A stretch of 64,000 nt of DNA from an uncultured Aliarcobacter sp. GTDB taxonomy: Bacteria > Campylobacterota > Campylobacteria > Campylobacterales > Arcobacteraceae. Under the pieces are notes generated by a model. That model did no database searches, was not told where the DNA came from, and worked only from the letters and a program-made list of their open reading frames with translations. The stretch lies in NCBI GenBank assembly GCA_963677435.1, contig OY781945.1, positions 1,792,001 to 1,856,000 on the forward strand, given 5' to 3'. Each line of letters starts with the position of its first letter. Within the stretch, counting starts at the first letter, position 1. The translations under genes were made by a program, and so were the position numbers. Shown here one piece after another: positions 1 through 9,065 of the stretch.

Positions 1-897
1 GTTTGTGATAGTTTCTAACTCTTTTATTAGTTCTAGTTGTTTTTCATTTTCTTGCATTACATCTCTTTGGATTGAGCCAGTAAGAGTTGAGATAGTTCCA
101 CTAACATAAGAAGTATTTGTGATTTTATTTAAGGCGTTTAAAACTCTTATTTTTTCATCATTTGTTGTGTATCTGATTTCTAAAAGTAGTTCACATTTTG
201 GAGAGATTGTATTTGCGCCAATTCCTCCATTTATTTTTCCAACATTTACAGTTGTTTGAAGTTCTAAATTTGTAAGTTTTACTAATTCTTGAAGTTTATA
301 ACTTGCTTCCAAGTTTGCATCAATTCCTTTGTCATAATGATTTCCAGCATGGGCTGCCAAGCCATCAATTGTAATTGTAAAAGTTCCAACACCTTTTCTT
401 TGGGTTACAACTTCCATGTTTCTTCCTGCTGCTTCAAATACAAAACAGTAGTCATAATTTGGTGCAAGTAAAGCTGTTATCTCTTTTGAATCATCACTTC
501 CTGTTTCTTCATCGGAAACTAATAAAAAATCTATATTACATATTTCATTATTTTTTTTGTGTATATTTCTTAAAGCTTGAAGGGTAACAATATTTCCTCC
601 TTTCATATCACAAACACCTGGTCCATAAACCCATTTTTCATCTTGAAAAAATCCCTCAAAACTGTTTGGTGGAAAAACAGTATCATTGTGACCTAGGAGT
701 AAGATTTTTTTTCCAGATTTTTTAGAGGAGGAGAATAGCAGATGATTACCTATTTGCTCTTTTTCATAGCTTGTTAATTTAAAGCCTAATTCTTCTAGCC
801 ATTTAGACATTATAGAGCCAACTTCATCTACACCTTGTTTATTTTTTGTATATGAGTTGATGTTAATTATTTTTTCTAAATCGTTTAAATAATCCAT
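1..897 (-). CDS. M20 family metallopeptidase (glutamate carboxypeptidase-like), 3' end outside window
   Basis: Not in ORF track. Manual translation from ATG at 897: MDYLNDLEKIININSYTKNK..., with M20 motifs LLGHNDTVF, GPGVCDMKGG, SDEETGS, GLAAHAG. Confidence 0.85.
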   Translation of the reverse strand, partial: MDYLNDLEKIININSYTKNKQGVDEVGSIMSKWLEELGFKLTSYEKEQIGNHLLFSSSKKSGKKILLLGHNDTVFPPNSFEGFFQDEKWVYGPGVCDMKGGNIVTLQALRNIHKKNNEICNIDFLLVSDEETGSDDSKEITALLAPNYDYCFVFEAAGRNMEVVTQRKGVGTFTITIDGLAAHAGNHYDKGIDANLEASYKLQELVKLTNLELQTTVNVGKINGGIGANTISPKCELLLEIRYTTNDEKIRVLNALNKITNTSYVSGTISTLTGSIQRDVMQENEKQLELIKELETITN

Positions 898-1018
898 GAT
901 TCATCCATTAGTAAGGTGAACAATTCTATTTATTAAAGATTACATTTAAGAGACAATTACAGTTGAGTTACAATTAAATAAGAGTGAAAAATAAGGGAAG
1001 TAAAGAGGTTTTTTAATA

Positions 1019-1039
1019 TAAGGTGGAAAATCCACCTTA
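1019..1039. terminator. Hairpin downstream of argG
   Basis: TAAGGTGGA-AAA-TCCACCTTA inverted repeat. Confidence 0.55.
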
Positions 1040-1042
1040 ATA

Positions 1043-2284
1043 TTAGTTTCTGTTTTGGTTTTTACCCGCGATGATAAATCTTAAAGCATTTAATCTAATA
1101 AATCCTTCAGCATCTTTTTGGTTATAAACTTCATCTTTTTCAAAAGTTGAATAAGCATCATTGTACAGTGATTTTATAGAATCTCTACCAATTACTGTAA
1201 CATTCCCTTTATAAAGTTTAATTTTAACAGTTCCTTCAACATGTTTTTGAGTTGCATCAATAGCAGCTTGAAGCATTTCTCTCTCAGGAGAGAACCAATA
1301 TCCTTGGTAAATTAACTTAGCATATCTTGGCATTAACTCATCTTTTAAGTGAGCAGCTTCTCTATCTAAACAAATAGATTCAATTGCTCTGTGAGCTTTT
1401 AACATGATAGTTCCACCTGGAGTTTCATAACAACCACGAGCCTTCATACCAACATATCTATTTTCAACAATATCAGCTCTTCCGATACCATTTCTATTTC
1501 CATACTCATTTAATTTAGTAAGTAATGTAGCTGGTGACATTTCAACACCATCAATAGCAACTGGATCACCATTTTTGTATGTTATAGTTAAATATTCAGG
1601 AACATCAGGAGCTTTTTCAGGTGCAGTTGTCCATAACCACATAGACTCTTCTGGTTCATTATTTGGATTTTCTAAATGTAAACCTTCATAAGAGATATGT
1701 AACAGGTTAGCATCCATTGAATATGGGCTAATTTTTGGATTACCATTTTCATCAACATGTTTTTGAGCAATTTCAATACCATTTTTTTTAGCATATGCAA
1801 GTAAGCTTTCTCTTGAATTTAATTCCCATTCTCTCCAAGGAGCAATAACTTTAATATCAGGTCTTAATGCTAAGGCACCTAACTCAAATCTTACTTGGTC
1901 ATTTCCTTTTCCAGTTGCTCCATGACTTACAGCTTCTGCTCCTGTTTGGTTTGCAATATCAATTAATTTTTTTGCAATTAAAGGACGTGCAATTGAAGTT
2001 CCAAGTAAATACTCACCTTCATAAATTGCATTTGCTCTAAACATAGGGAAAACATAATCTTTTACAAACTCTTCTTTAATATCTAAAATGAAAACATTTT
2101 CAGGTTTAATACCACAAGCTATTGCTTTAGTACGTGCTGGTTCAACTTCTTCACCTTGACCTAAATCAGCTGTGAAAGTGATAACTTCAGCGTTATATTC
2201 ATCTTGAAGCCATTTTAAAATAATAGAAGTATCAAGACCTCCACTATACGCTAAAACTACTTTTTTAATATCTTTTTTACTCAT
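1043..2284 (-). CDS. argG: Argininosuccinate synthase
   Basis: [32 protein letters not shown] motifs. Confidence 0.98.
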   Translation of the reverse strand: MSKKDIKKVVLAYSGGLDTSIILKWLQDEYNAEVITFTADLGQGEEVEPARTKAIACGIKPENVFILDIKEEFVKDYVFPMFRANAIYEGEYLLGTSIARPLIAKKLIDIANQTGAEAVSHGATGKGNDQVRFELGALALRPDIKVIAPWREWELNSRESLLAYAKKNGIEIAQKHVDENGNPKISPYSMDANLLHISYEGLHLENPNNEPEESMWLWTTAPEKAPDVPEYLTITYKNGDPVAIDGVEMSPATLLTKLNEYGNRNGIGRADIVENRYVGMKARGCYETPGGTIMLKAHRAIESICLDREAAHLKDELMPRYAKLIYQGYWFSPEREMLQAAIDATQKHVEGTVKIKLYKGNVTVIGRDSIKSLYNDAYSTFEKDEVYNQKDAEGFIRLNALRFIIAGKNQNRN

Positions 2285-2475
2285 AAATCTATCCTATGGT
2301 TACATTATTTTTAAGGGTATTATTCTAACGAAAATAAGTTGTAATTCAACTAAAGTTCTCAAAACTATAAGTTGTTTGTAGTCTAAATGTAATTAATCAA
2401 AAGATAAAAATAAAAAATATTTATATAGTTTATACTAAAACACTCATTTAGTTAATTTTAGTTATAATCTATGTC

Positions 2476-2724
2476 ATGAGAATAGATAAATTTTTAAATG
2501 CCGTTAATATTACAAAACGAAGAGCAGTAGCTGAGGATATGCTTGAACACAAAGTTGTTTTTATAAATGACCAAGCTGTTAAAAAAGCAAAAGAGGTAAA
2601 GGTTGGAGACACAATAGAGATTAGGTATTTAGAAAAAACTGAAAAATTCAAAGTATTACAAATACCGACTAATAAGTCAACTCCAAAATCAAAAATTGAT
2701 GAATATGTACAAAGGATCGACTAA
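2476..2724 (+). CDS. RNA-binding S4 domain protein (Hsp15/YabO-like)
   Basis: MRIDKFL...KRR..A...KEVKVGD S4 pattern. Confidence 0.9.
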   Translation: MRIDKFLNAVNITKRRAVAEDMLEHKVVFINDQAVKKAKEVKVGDTIEIRYLEKTEKFKVLQIPTNKSTPKSKIDEYVQRID

Positions 2725-3708
2725 ATGTTTAATGCAGCTAAATTAAAATTTGATGATATTTTTGAAAACAGATTATCTCAAGAAGAAATAAGAGAATATT
2801 TACTTGAACTTTACGAAAGAGGCGAAACAGCAGCTGAGATTGCAGGCGCAGCAAGTGCTATGAGAGATCATTATATTCCTCTTCCAATTCATGAAGACTT
2901 AAGAGAAAAAGCTATTGATGTTGTGGGAACGGGTGGAGATAAAAGTTATAGTTTTAATATTTCAAGTACAGTTTCTATCTTATTAGCAGCTTGTGGATGT
3001 TATGTTGCAAAACATGGAAATAGAAGTGTTACAAGTAAATCTGGAAGTGCTGATATGCTTGAAGTTTTGGGAATTAATCTTAATTTAGATTTACAAAGCA
3101 CTGCTAAAATGTTAGAAGATACAGGTTTCGCTTTTATGTTTGCCAATAATCATCATCCTGCAATGAAATATATTACACCAGTTAGAAAAACAATTCCACA
3201 TAGAACTATTATGAATATTTTAGGCCCTTTATGTAATCCAGCAGGTGTTACAAAACAAGTAATTGGAGTATTTGATAAAGATTATATAAATAGAATTGCA
3301 GCTGCTCTTGATATGCTTGATACAAAAAGAGCGATGATTTTGTCATCAAATGATGGAATGGATGAGATTTCAGTTTCAGATATAACTTATGCAACACTTT
3401 TAATAAATGGGAAAATTACAGATATTGAAATAAATCCAGAAAACTATGGTATTCCAATTGCTTCTAAAGACGATATTATTGGTGAAGGTCCTGAGTATAA
3501 TGCAAAACTTACAAGAGATATTTTATCAAAAAAAATAGTTGGTGCAAAACTTGATATTGTTTTATTAAATACAGCAGCAGCCTTAATTATTGATGAAAAA
3601 GCAAGAGATTTTAAAGATGGTATTGATATGGCAAGAGAAGCCATAATCAGTGGTGCAGCAAAAGAAAAATTAGAACAAATTATAAAAGTTTCTAATCAAT
3701 TAAGTTAG
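2725..3708 (+). CDS. trpD: Anthranilate phosphoribosyltransferase
   Basis: DVVGTGGD, FNISS, KHGNRSVTSKSGSAD motifs. Confidence 0.96.
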   Translation: MFNAAKLKFDDIFENRLSQEEIREYLLELYERGETAAEIAGAASAMRDHYIPLPIHEDLREKAIDVVGTGGDKSYSFNISSTVSILLAACGCYVAKHGNRSVTSKSGSADMLEVLGINLNLDLQSTAKMLEDTGFAFMFANNHHPAMKYITPVRKTIPHRTIMNILGPLCNPAGVTKQVIGVFDKDYINRIAAALDMLDTKRAMILSSNDGMDEISVSDITYATLLINGKITDIEINPENYGIPIASKDDIIGEGPEYNAKLTRDILSKKIVGAKLDIVLLNTAAALIIDEKARDFKDGIDMAREAIISGAAKEKLEQIIKVSNQLS

Positions 3709-3717
3709 GATTTTTTT

Positions 3718-4134
3718 TTGCAAAAAGAGTTTGAATTAGAATTAAATCAACTTGATATTTTAGTAAAAGAGTTGATTAATAGTATAAATAATGAAGATAG
3801 TATAATCATTTTAAGAGGTGATTTAGCAAGTGGTAAAACAACTCTTGTTAAAAATTATGTAAAAGCTTTGGGTTTAAATGACTTAGTTACATCTCCTACT
3901 TTTTCATTACAAGCTATTTATTCAAATGATATTTTTCATTATGATGTTTATAATAAAACTTTAGGTGAATTTATATCATTAGGAATGCTTGAAGAGTTTG
4001 AAAAAAAAGGTGTTCACTTTGTAGAGTGGGGTGATGAAAAACTTGAAGAAATTCTTAATGATTATGGATATAAAGTGATTTTACTTGAAATAGAAAAAAA
4101 AGATAATAGAAGGCTATATAAAATAAATGCATAA
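3718..4134 (+). CDS. tsaE: tRNA threonylcarbamoyladenosine biosynthesis ATPase
   Basis: LRGDLASGKTT, VTSPTF, HYDVY, VEWG. Confidence 0.93.
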   Translation: MQKEFELELNQLDILVKELINSINNEDSIIILRGDLASGKTTLVKNYVKALGLNDLVTSPTFSLQAIYSNDIFHYDVYNKTLGEFISLGMLEEFEKKGVHFVEWGDEKLEEILNDYGYKVILLEIEKKDNRRLYKINA

Positions 4135-4849
4135 ACTACATATAAAAGATATAACAAAAACTATCAAAAAAACTCAAATACTTCATGGTATTTCACTTGA
4201 AGTGAAATCAGGGGAAATAGTTGGATTATTAGGTCCAAATGGTGCTGGAAAAACAACTACATTTTATACTGTTTGTGGTTTAGTAAAACCAACAGCAGGA
4301 AATGTTTTTTTTGATGAAGAAGATATTACAGCCTTACCTTTACATAAAAGAGCTTTAAAAGGAATTGGTTATTTACCACAAGAATCATCTATTTTTAAAG
4401 ATTTATCTGTTGAAGATAATCTAATGCTTGCAGCTCAAATTATTACAGATGATAAAGAAGAACAAATTAGAAGAGTAGAAGAGTTACTTGAACTTTTTAA
4501 TATTGAACCAATTCGTCAAAGACAAGGGGTTTCCCTATCGGGTGGAGAGAGAAGAAGAACTGAAATTGCACGGGCTTTAATTTCTCAACCAAAATTTTTA
4601 CTTCTTGATGAGCCATTTGCAGGAGTTGATCCAATTGCTGTAAAAGATATTCAAGAAATAATTCATCAATTAACTAAAATAAATATTGGAGTTTTAATAA
4701 CAGATCATAATGTAAGAGAAACTTTACAAATTTGTGATAGAGCATATGTTATGAAATCTGGAACTTTATTAGCTAGTGGAACAAGTGAAGAGATTAGAAA
4801 CGATGTTAAAGTACGAGAGCACTATTTAGGTGAAGATTTTAACTTTTAG
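4127..4849 (+). CDS. lptB: LPS export ABC transporter ATP-binding protein
   Basis: GPNGAGKTT, YLPQE, LSGGERRR, DEPFAGVDP, ITDHNVRETL, C-terminal YLGEDF. Confidence 0.95.
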   Translation: MHKLHIKDITKTIKKTQILHGISLEVKSGEIVGLLGPNGAGKTTTFYTVCGLVKPTAGNVFFDEEDITALPLHKRALKGIGYLPQESSIFKDLSVEDNLMLAAQIITDDKEEQIRRVEELLELFNIEPIRQRQGVSLSGGERRRTEIARALISQPKFLLLDEPFAGVDPIAVKDIQEIIHQLTKINIGVLITDHNVRETLQICDRAYVMKSGTLLASGTSEEIRNDVKVREHYLGEDFNF

Positions 4850-4864
4850 TCAAATAAAGTAGTT

Positions 4865-6202
4865 TTATGAAACTACTTTATTTTTCCCTGTTTTTTTTGC
4901 TTCATATAGAAGTTTATCACATTTTGAAATAAATTTAGTTTCATCATCATCTTCTAAAAATTGAGAAACTCCAAAACTAGATGTTATATTTAAATTGTGA
5001 CTTGTAAAGATATGTTCACTTATAGCTATTCTGATTTTTGAAGCAACAGCACTTGCTCCTTCTAAATTTGTTTGAGGTAAAAGTATTAAAAATTCTTCTC
5101 CTCCCCATCTTACATTTATATCTTGTTCTCTAACGTTGTTTAAAGTGATTTTTGAAATTTCTTTTAAAACTTCATCTCCTGTTTGATGACCATAGTTATC
5201 ATTAACTAATTTAAAATCATCAATATCAAACATAATTATTGATAAATCATTATTATATCTTCGTGCTCTTTTTATCTCTTTTGTATAAATTTCATCAAAT
5301 CTATTTCTATTAAATAATCCTGTTAATTTATCATGGCTTGCTTGGTATTCTAATAAATTAGCTTTTTCTTTTAATTTTGTTATATCAGTTAATGAAAACA
5401 CATAATAATCTTCTTTATTTTCATAATAATCAACATTAATTGCAAAAATTTTCTCTTCATCTAAAGAACTTTTTATTTTAACAATTCTATCTATTTCATG
5501 TAAATTTCTTATATAACTTATCCAAGAATCTTGTTCAATTATTTTCTCTTTAGTAATAAATCCAAACTCTTCTTCAAAGAAATCAAAAATATTTTTTTCA
5601 CCATTTACAAACTTATCAAAGTCTGATATTCCGAAGAAATCAAGAAATTTTTTGTTTACATTTGTGATTTTTTCTTTGTTTGTAACAATTATAATATTAT
5701 CTTGCGCATCTAAAATAGATTTTATTTTAGAAATTTCTTGTTCTATCTTACTTTCTAATGACAGATTTAATTCAATTAGTTTCTTTTTTAAAACGATTGG
5801 TTCCATAGCTTTTATAATACTTTCTATTAATTGATATAAATCAATAGGTTTCATAGCATATGTACTAACTCCAATTTCAATTGATTTTTTGAAAAAATTA
5901 GTATCATTATGTGCACTTGTAATTACAAGAGGTATGTCATTATTTATTTTTTTTATAGCTTCACACATAGATAAACCATCCATTTTAGGCATATTTATAT
6001 CTGAAACTATTAAATCAATATCATCTTTATTTTCTTTAAAAATTTCTAAACCCTCAAGTCCATCACTTGCTACATATACTTTTCTTAATAAAGAACTTAA
6101 TAACTTTGAAGTAAATTCTCTAACATCATTTTCATCTTCTACATATAAAACAGAGATAGTTTTTAAAATCTCTTTATTCATCATTTTTATCTCCAGTTTC
6201 AT
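4865..6202 (-). CDS. Response regulator-PAS-like diguanylate cyclase (REC-GGDEF); likely start 6184
   Basis: N-terminal REC (VEDE, DINMP), intact GGEEF, RxxD I-site (REQD). Confidence 0.9.
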   Translation of the reverse strand: MKLEIKMMNKEILKTISVLYVEDENDVREFTSKLLSSLLRKVYVASDGLEGLEIFKENKDDIDLIVSDINMPKMDGLSMCEAIKKINNDIPLVITSAHNDTNFFKKSIEIGVSTYAMKPIDLYQLIESIIKAMEPIVLKKKLIELNLSLESKIEQEISKIKSILDAQDNIIIVTNKEKITNVNKKFLDFFGISDFDKFVNGEKNIFDFFEEEFGFITKEKIIEQDSWISYIRNLHEIDRIVKIKSSLDEEKIFAINVDYYENKEDYYVFSLTDITKLKEKANLLEYQASHDKLTGLFNRNRFDEIYTKEIKRARRYNNDLSIIMFDIDDFKLVNDNYGHQTGDEVLKEISKITLNNVREQDINVRWGGEEFLILLPQTNLEGASAVASKIRIAISEHIFTSHNLNITSSFGVSQFLEDDDETKFISKCDKLLYEAKKTGKNKVVS

Positions 6203-8168
6203 TATATTCCATCACATTAGGTACTGACATTGGAGCAGAGAAAAAATATCCTTGAGAATAATCTGCACCTAGTTTTCTTACTATATTAAATATCTCTTCA
6301 TTTTCAACAAACTCAGCAATAGTTTTCAAATTTAAATTTTTTGCAAATTCTATTATTGTTTTAGTAATCTTATAAGAATTTTCATTAATTGCAATATTTT
6401 TAATAAGTGAAGCATCAATTTTCAGATAATCAATATTCATTTTTAAAAGATGCTCAAAATTAGAATATCCACTTCCAAAGTCATCTATTGCAACTTTGCA
6501 GCCTAAAGATTTTACCTCATCTACAAAAGAGATTAAAAGATTATAATTTTTTATACTCTCATCTTCTAAAATCTCAAATACTGCTCTATTTTGTACATTA
6601 TATTTTTTTAATAACTCTTTTACAAAGTCCAAAAATTCTGGATTTTCAATATCTTCATAAGAGATATTTACAGAAAATTCAAAGGGTAAATGTTCAAATT
6701 TTTGAAATGATTTTTCTAAAACAATTTTTGTAAGTTTTGTATATTGATTAGATTTTTTTGAAATATCTAAAAAGAAATAGGGTGCTATAACTTTCCCGTC
6801 TTCATCTATTAATCTCACTAAACACTCATATTTATCAACTTTTAAAGTTCTATTATTTACAAGTGGCTGAAAATATACTTCAATATTGTCATTTATAAAT
6901 GCAGATTTTAATTTTTTTGTCCAAAGCATGTTATTTTCATATTCTTGAAATTTATCTAATTCATCATAAAAAACAAGATAATCTTTATGGTCCTTTTTTG
7001 CTGATTGTAACGCAATATCTGCGGTAATTAATTTATTGTTTTTATTGGAAAATGATACACCAGCTGTTATTCTAATATCAATTTCATATAACTCAAATAC
7101 AAATACTTTTTTATAAACTGATTCTACTATATTTTTTATTAACTCAATAAAACTCTCTTGGCAATCTTTTGTATTAGTTATACAATAATTATCAGAAGGG
7201 AATTTATAGAGTTTTATATGATTTCCTTCTTCTTTAATTTTATCGTGAATTAATTTTGAAACATCAATCAATATTGAATCACCAACTTTATGACCAAAAA
7301 AATCATTTACTTCTTTAAATGAGTTGATATTTAAAAGACAGACTGCTTCTAATCGTAAATTATTTGATTGTAATTCTTCAATTAATTTAGCTCTATTAGG
7401 AAATTTTGTTAAATTATCTGTGTATAAAAGCTTATATAACTCATGTTTATGTTCAATTTCATGACTAATGTCATGTAAGATAATAATAGAAGTATTATTA
7501 TGTGTAAGAAGTATTTTTTGTAAAGAAAAATATTTTTTAGTATTAGTATTGTTTTTAATACAAACTTTTATATTTTTATTTTCACATTCTTCAAATATTT
7601 TATTATCAATATTAGTAATACAACCATCTTCAATTTCAAATATATCAGTAATATTTTTATATTTAGTATTGATTTCTTCTAAAGAAGAACAATTTAAAAG
7701 TTTAAAGAAGTGATCATTGGAAAAAATTACTTTTTCATTAGCTAATGAAAAAATAGGGTAGTCAATATTATTTATTATTGAATTTGAAAACTCTTCTTCT
7801 TTTTTTAATACACTACTTGTATCAACTAAATTTGTATAATATTTTATTTTTAATATTAATTTATCAAAATCTAAAGGTTTATATAAAATATTTTCTTCTT
7901 TAATTATTGAATATTTTTCAAGATGAATGTCATTATCAACTAAAAAAATTGTATGAATATTTTTTTCTAAATACATTTCTAGTGGATTAAAATAATTATG
8001 AACATTTATATCAATTACAAGTAAATCACTGTATTCAAGAGCATCATTAACATCATCACACTCAAAAGAGAGAGTGATATTTATATTTTTTATTATTTTT
8101 GAAGCATATTGTTTGAAATTCTTAAAGTGTTCTTGTTCATCACTTATTATCATTACATCAAAACGCAT
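6174..8168 (-). CDS. Degenerate-GGDEF/EAL phosphodiesterase with N-terminal receiver-like and PAS-like regions
   Basis: ECLVR (EAL variant), DDFGSGYSN, KIDASLI, AEFVE; GGDEF position reads PSDNY. Confidence 0.88.
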   Translation of the reverse strand: MRFDVMIISDEQEHFKNFKQYASKIIKNINITLSFECDDVNDALEYSDLLVIDINVHNYFNPLEMYLEKNIHTIFLVDNDIHLEKYSIIKEENILYKPLDFDKLILKIKYYTNLVDTSSVLKKEEEFSNSIINNIDYPIFSLANEKVIFSNDHFFKLLNCSSLEEINTKYKNITDIFEIEDGCITNIDNKIFEECENKNIKVCIKNNTNTKKYFSLQKILLTHNNTSIIILHDISHEIEHKHELYKLLYTDNLTKFPNRAKLIEELQSNNLRLEAVCLLNINSFKEVNDFFGHKVGDSILIDVSKLIHDKIKEEGNHIKLYKFPSDNYCITNTKDCQESFIELIKNIVESVYKKVFVFELYEIDIRITAGVSFSNKNNKLITADIALQSAKKDHKDYLVFYDELDKFQEYENNMLWTKKLKSAFINDNIEVYFQPLVNNRTLKVDKYECLVRLIDEDGKVIAPYFFLDISKKSNQYTKLTKIVLEKSFQKFEHLPFEFSVNISYEDIENPEFLDFVKELLKKYNVQNRAVFEILEDESIKNYNLLISFVDEVKSLGCKVAIDDFGSGYSNFEHLLKMNIDYLKIDASLIKNIAINENSYKITKTIIEFAKNLNLKTIAEFVENEEIFNIVRKLGADYSQGYFFSAPMSVPNVMEYNETGDKNDE

Positions 8169-8269
8169 TAACTACCTTAATTTATTATTTTAAATTTTAG
8201 TTTTCCATAAAATTACTTTTAAATCACTTTACTGAATATATTTTGATATATTTTATAAAGTTAAAAAAA

Positions 8270-8995
8270 TTATTTTCCAAAAATTCTTATTGCATTATCT
8301 AAATCTGCTTGAGTATCAATACCAAAAGATTTAGAAGTAACTTTTACCATTGCAATTTTATGTCCATTATCTATTGCTCTTAATTGCTCAAGTTTTTCTA
8401 TATTTTCTAATTTTGATGGATTTAATTTACAAAAAGCATTTAATGATTTTTTAGTAAATCCATAAATTCCTAAATGGCCGCTGTAGTTTGACACCTCGTG
8501 ATGATCTCTATGATATGGTACTTTTGCTCTTGAAAAATAAATAGCATTAGAATCTTCATCTAAAACAACTTTTACATGATTTGGATCATCTGCTAATTCT
8601 GAACTAATCTCTTTGTAACATGAAGTAATCATAATATCTTCATTATTTTCTTTTATTTGTTTTACTCTATTTATTACAGCCTCTACAACTTCAACTTCAA
8701 TAAATGGCTCATCACCTTGAACATTTACAATTATCTCATCTTCACTTAAATTTAATATATTTACAGCTTCATTTATTCTATCAGTTCCACTATTGTGTGA
8801 ACTTGAAGTTAGGACTGCATCAAAACCATATTTTGAAGCTAAATCTATAACTTCTTGTGAATCTGTAGCAATTACTACTTTATCCAAGCTACTTACTTGT
8901 TTAGCAGTTCTAATTACCATTGGTAATCCTAAAATATCAACTAAAATTTTATTTGCAAATCTACTAGAATTTAATCTTGCAGGTATAATTATCAT
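8270..8995 (-). CDS. kdsB: 3-deoxy-manno-octulosonate cytidylyltransferase
   Basis: IIPARLNSSRF, SGTDR, NVQGDEP, YFSR, EKLEQLR. Confidence 0.96.
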   Translation of the reverse strand: MIIIPARLNSSRFANKILVDILGLPMVIRTAKQVSSLDKVVIATDSQEVIDLASKYGFDAVLTSSSHNSGTDRINEAVNILNLSEDEIIVNVQGDEPFIEVEVVEAVINRVKQIKENNEDIMITSCYKEISSELADDPNHVKVVLDEDSNAIYFSRAKVPYHRDHHEVSNYSGHLGIYGFTKKSLNAFCKLNPSKLENIEKLEQLRAIDNGHKIAMVKVTSKSFGIDTQADLDNAIRIFGK

Positions 8996-9065
8996 TTATC
9001 TTCCTTCTGTTGTAAAACCTTATTTTTAGTGACATTATTATAATATAAAATCTTTAAACAAGTAT

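Noticed and set aside
289..471. 60-aa plus-strand ORF
   Set aside because: Antisense to the M20 peptidase; no independent evidence.
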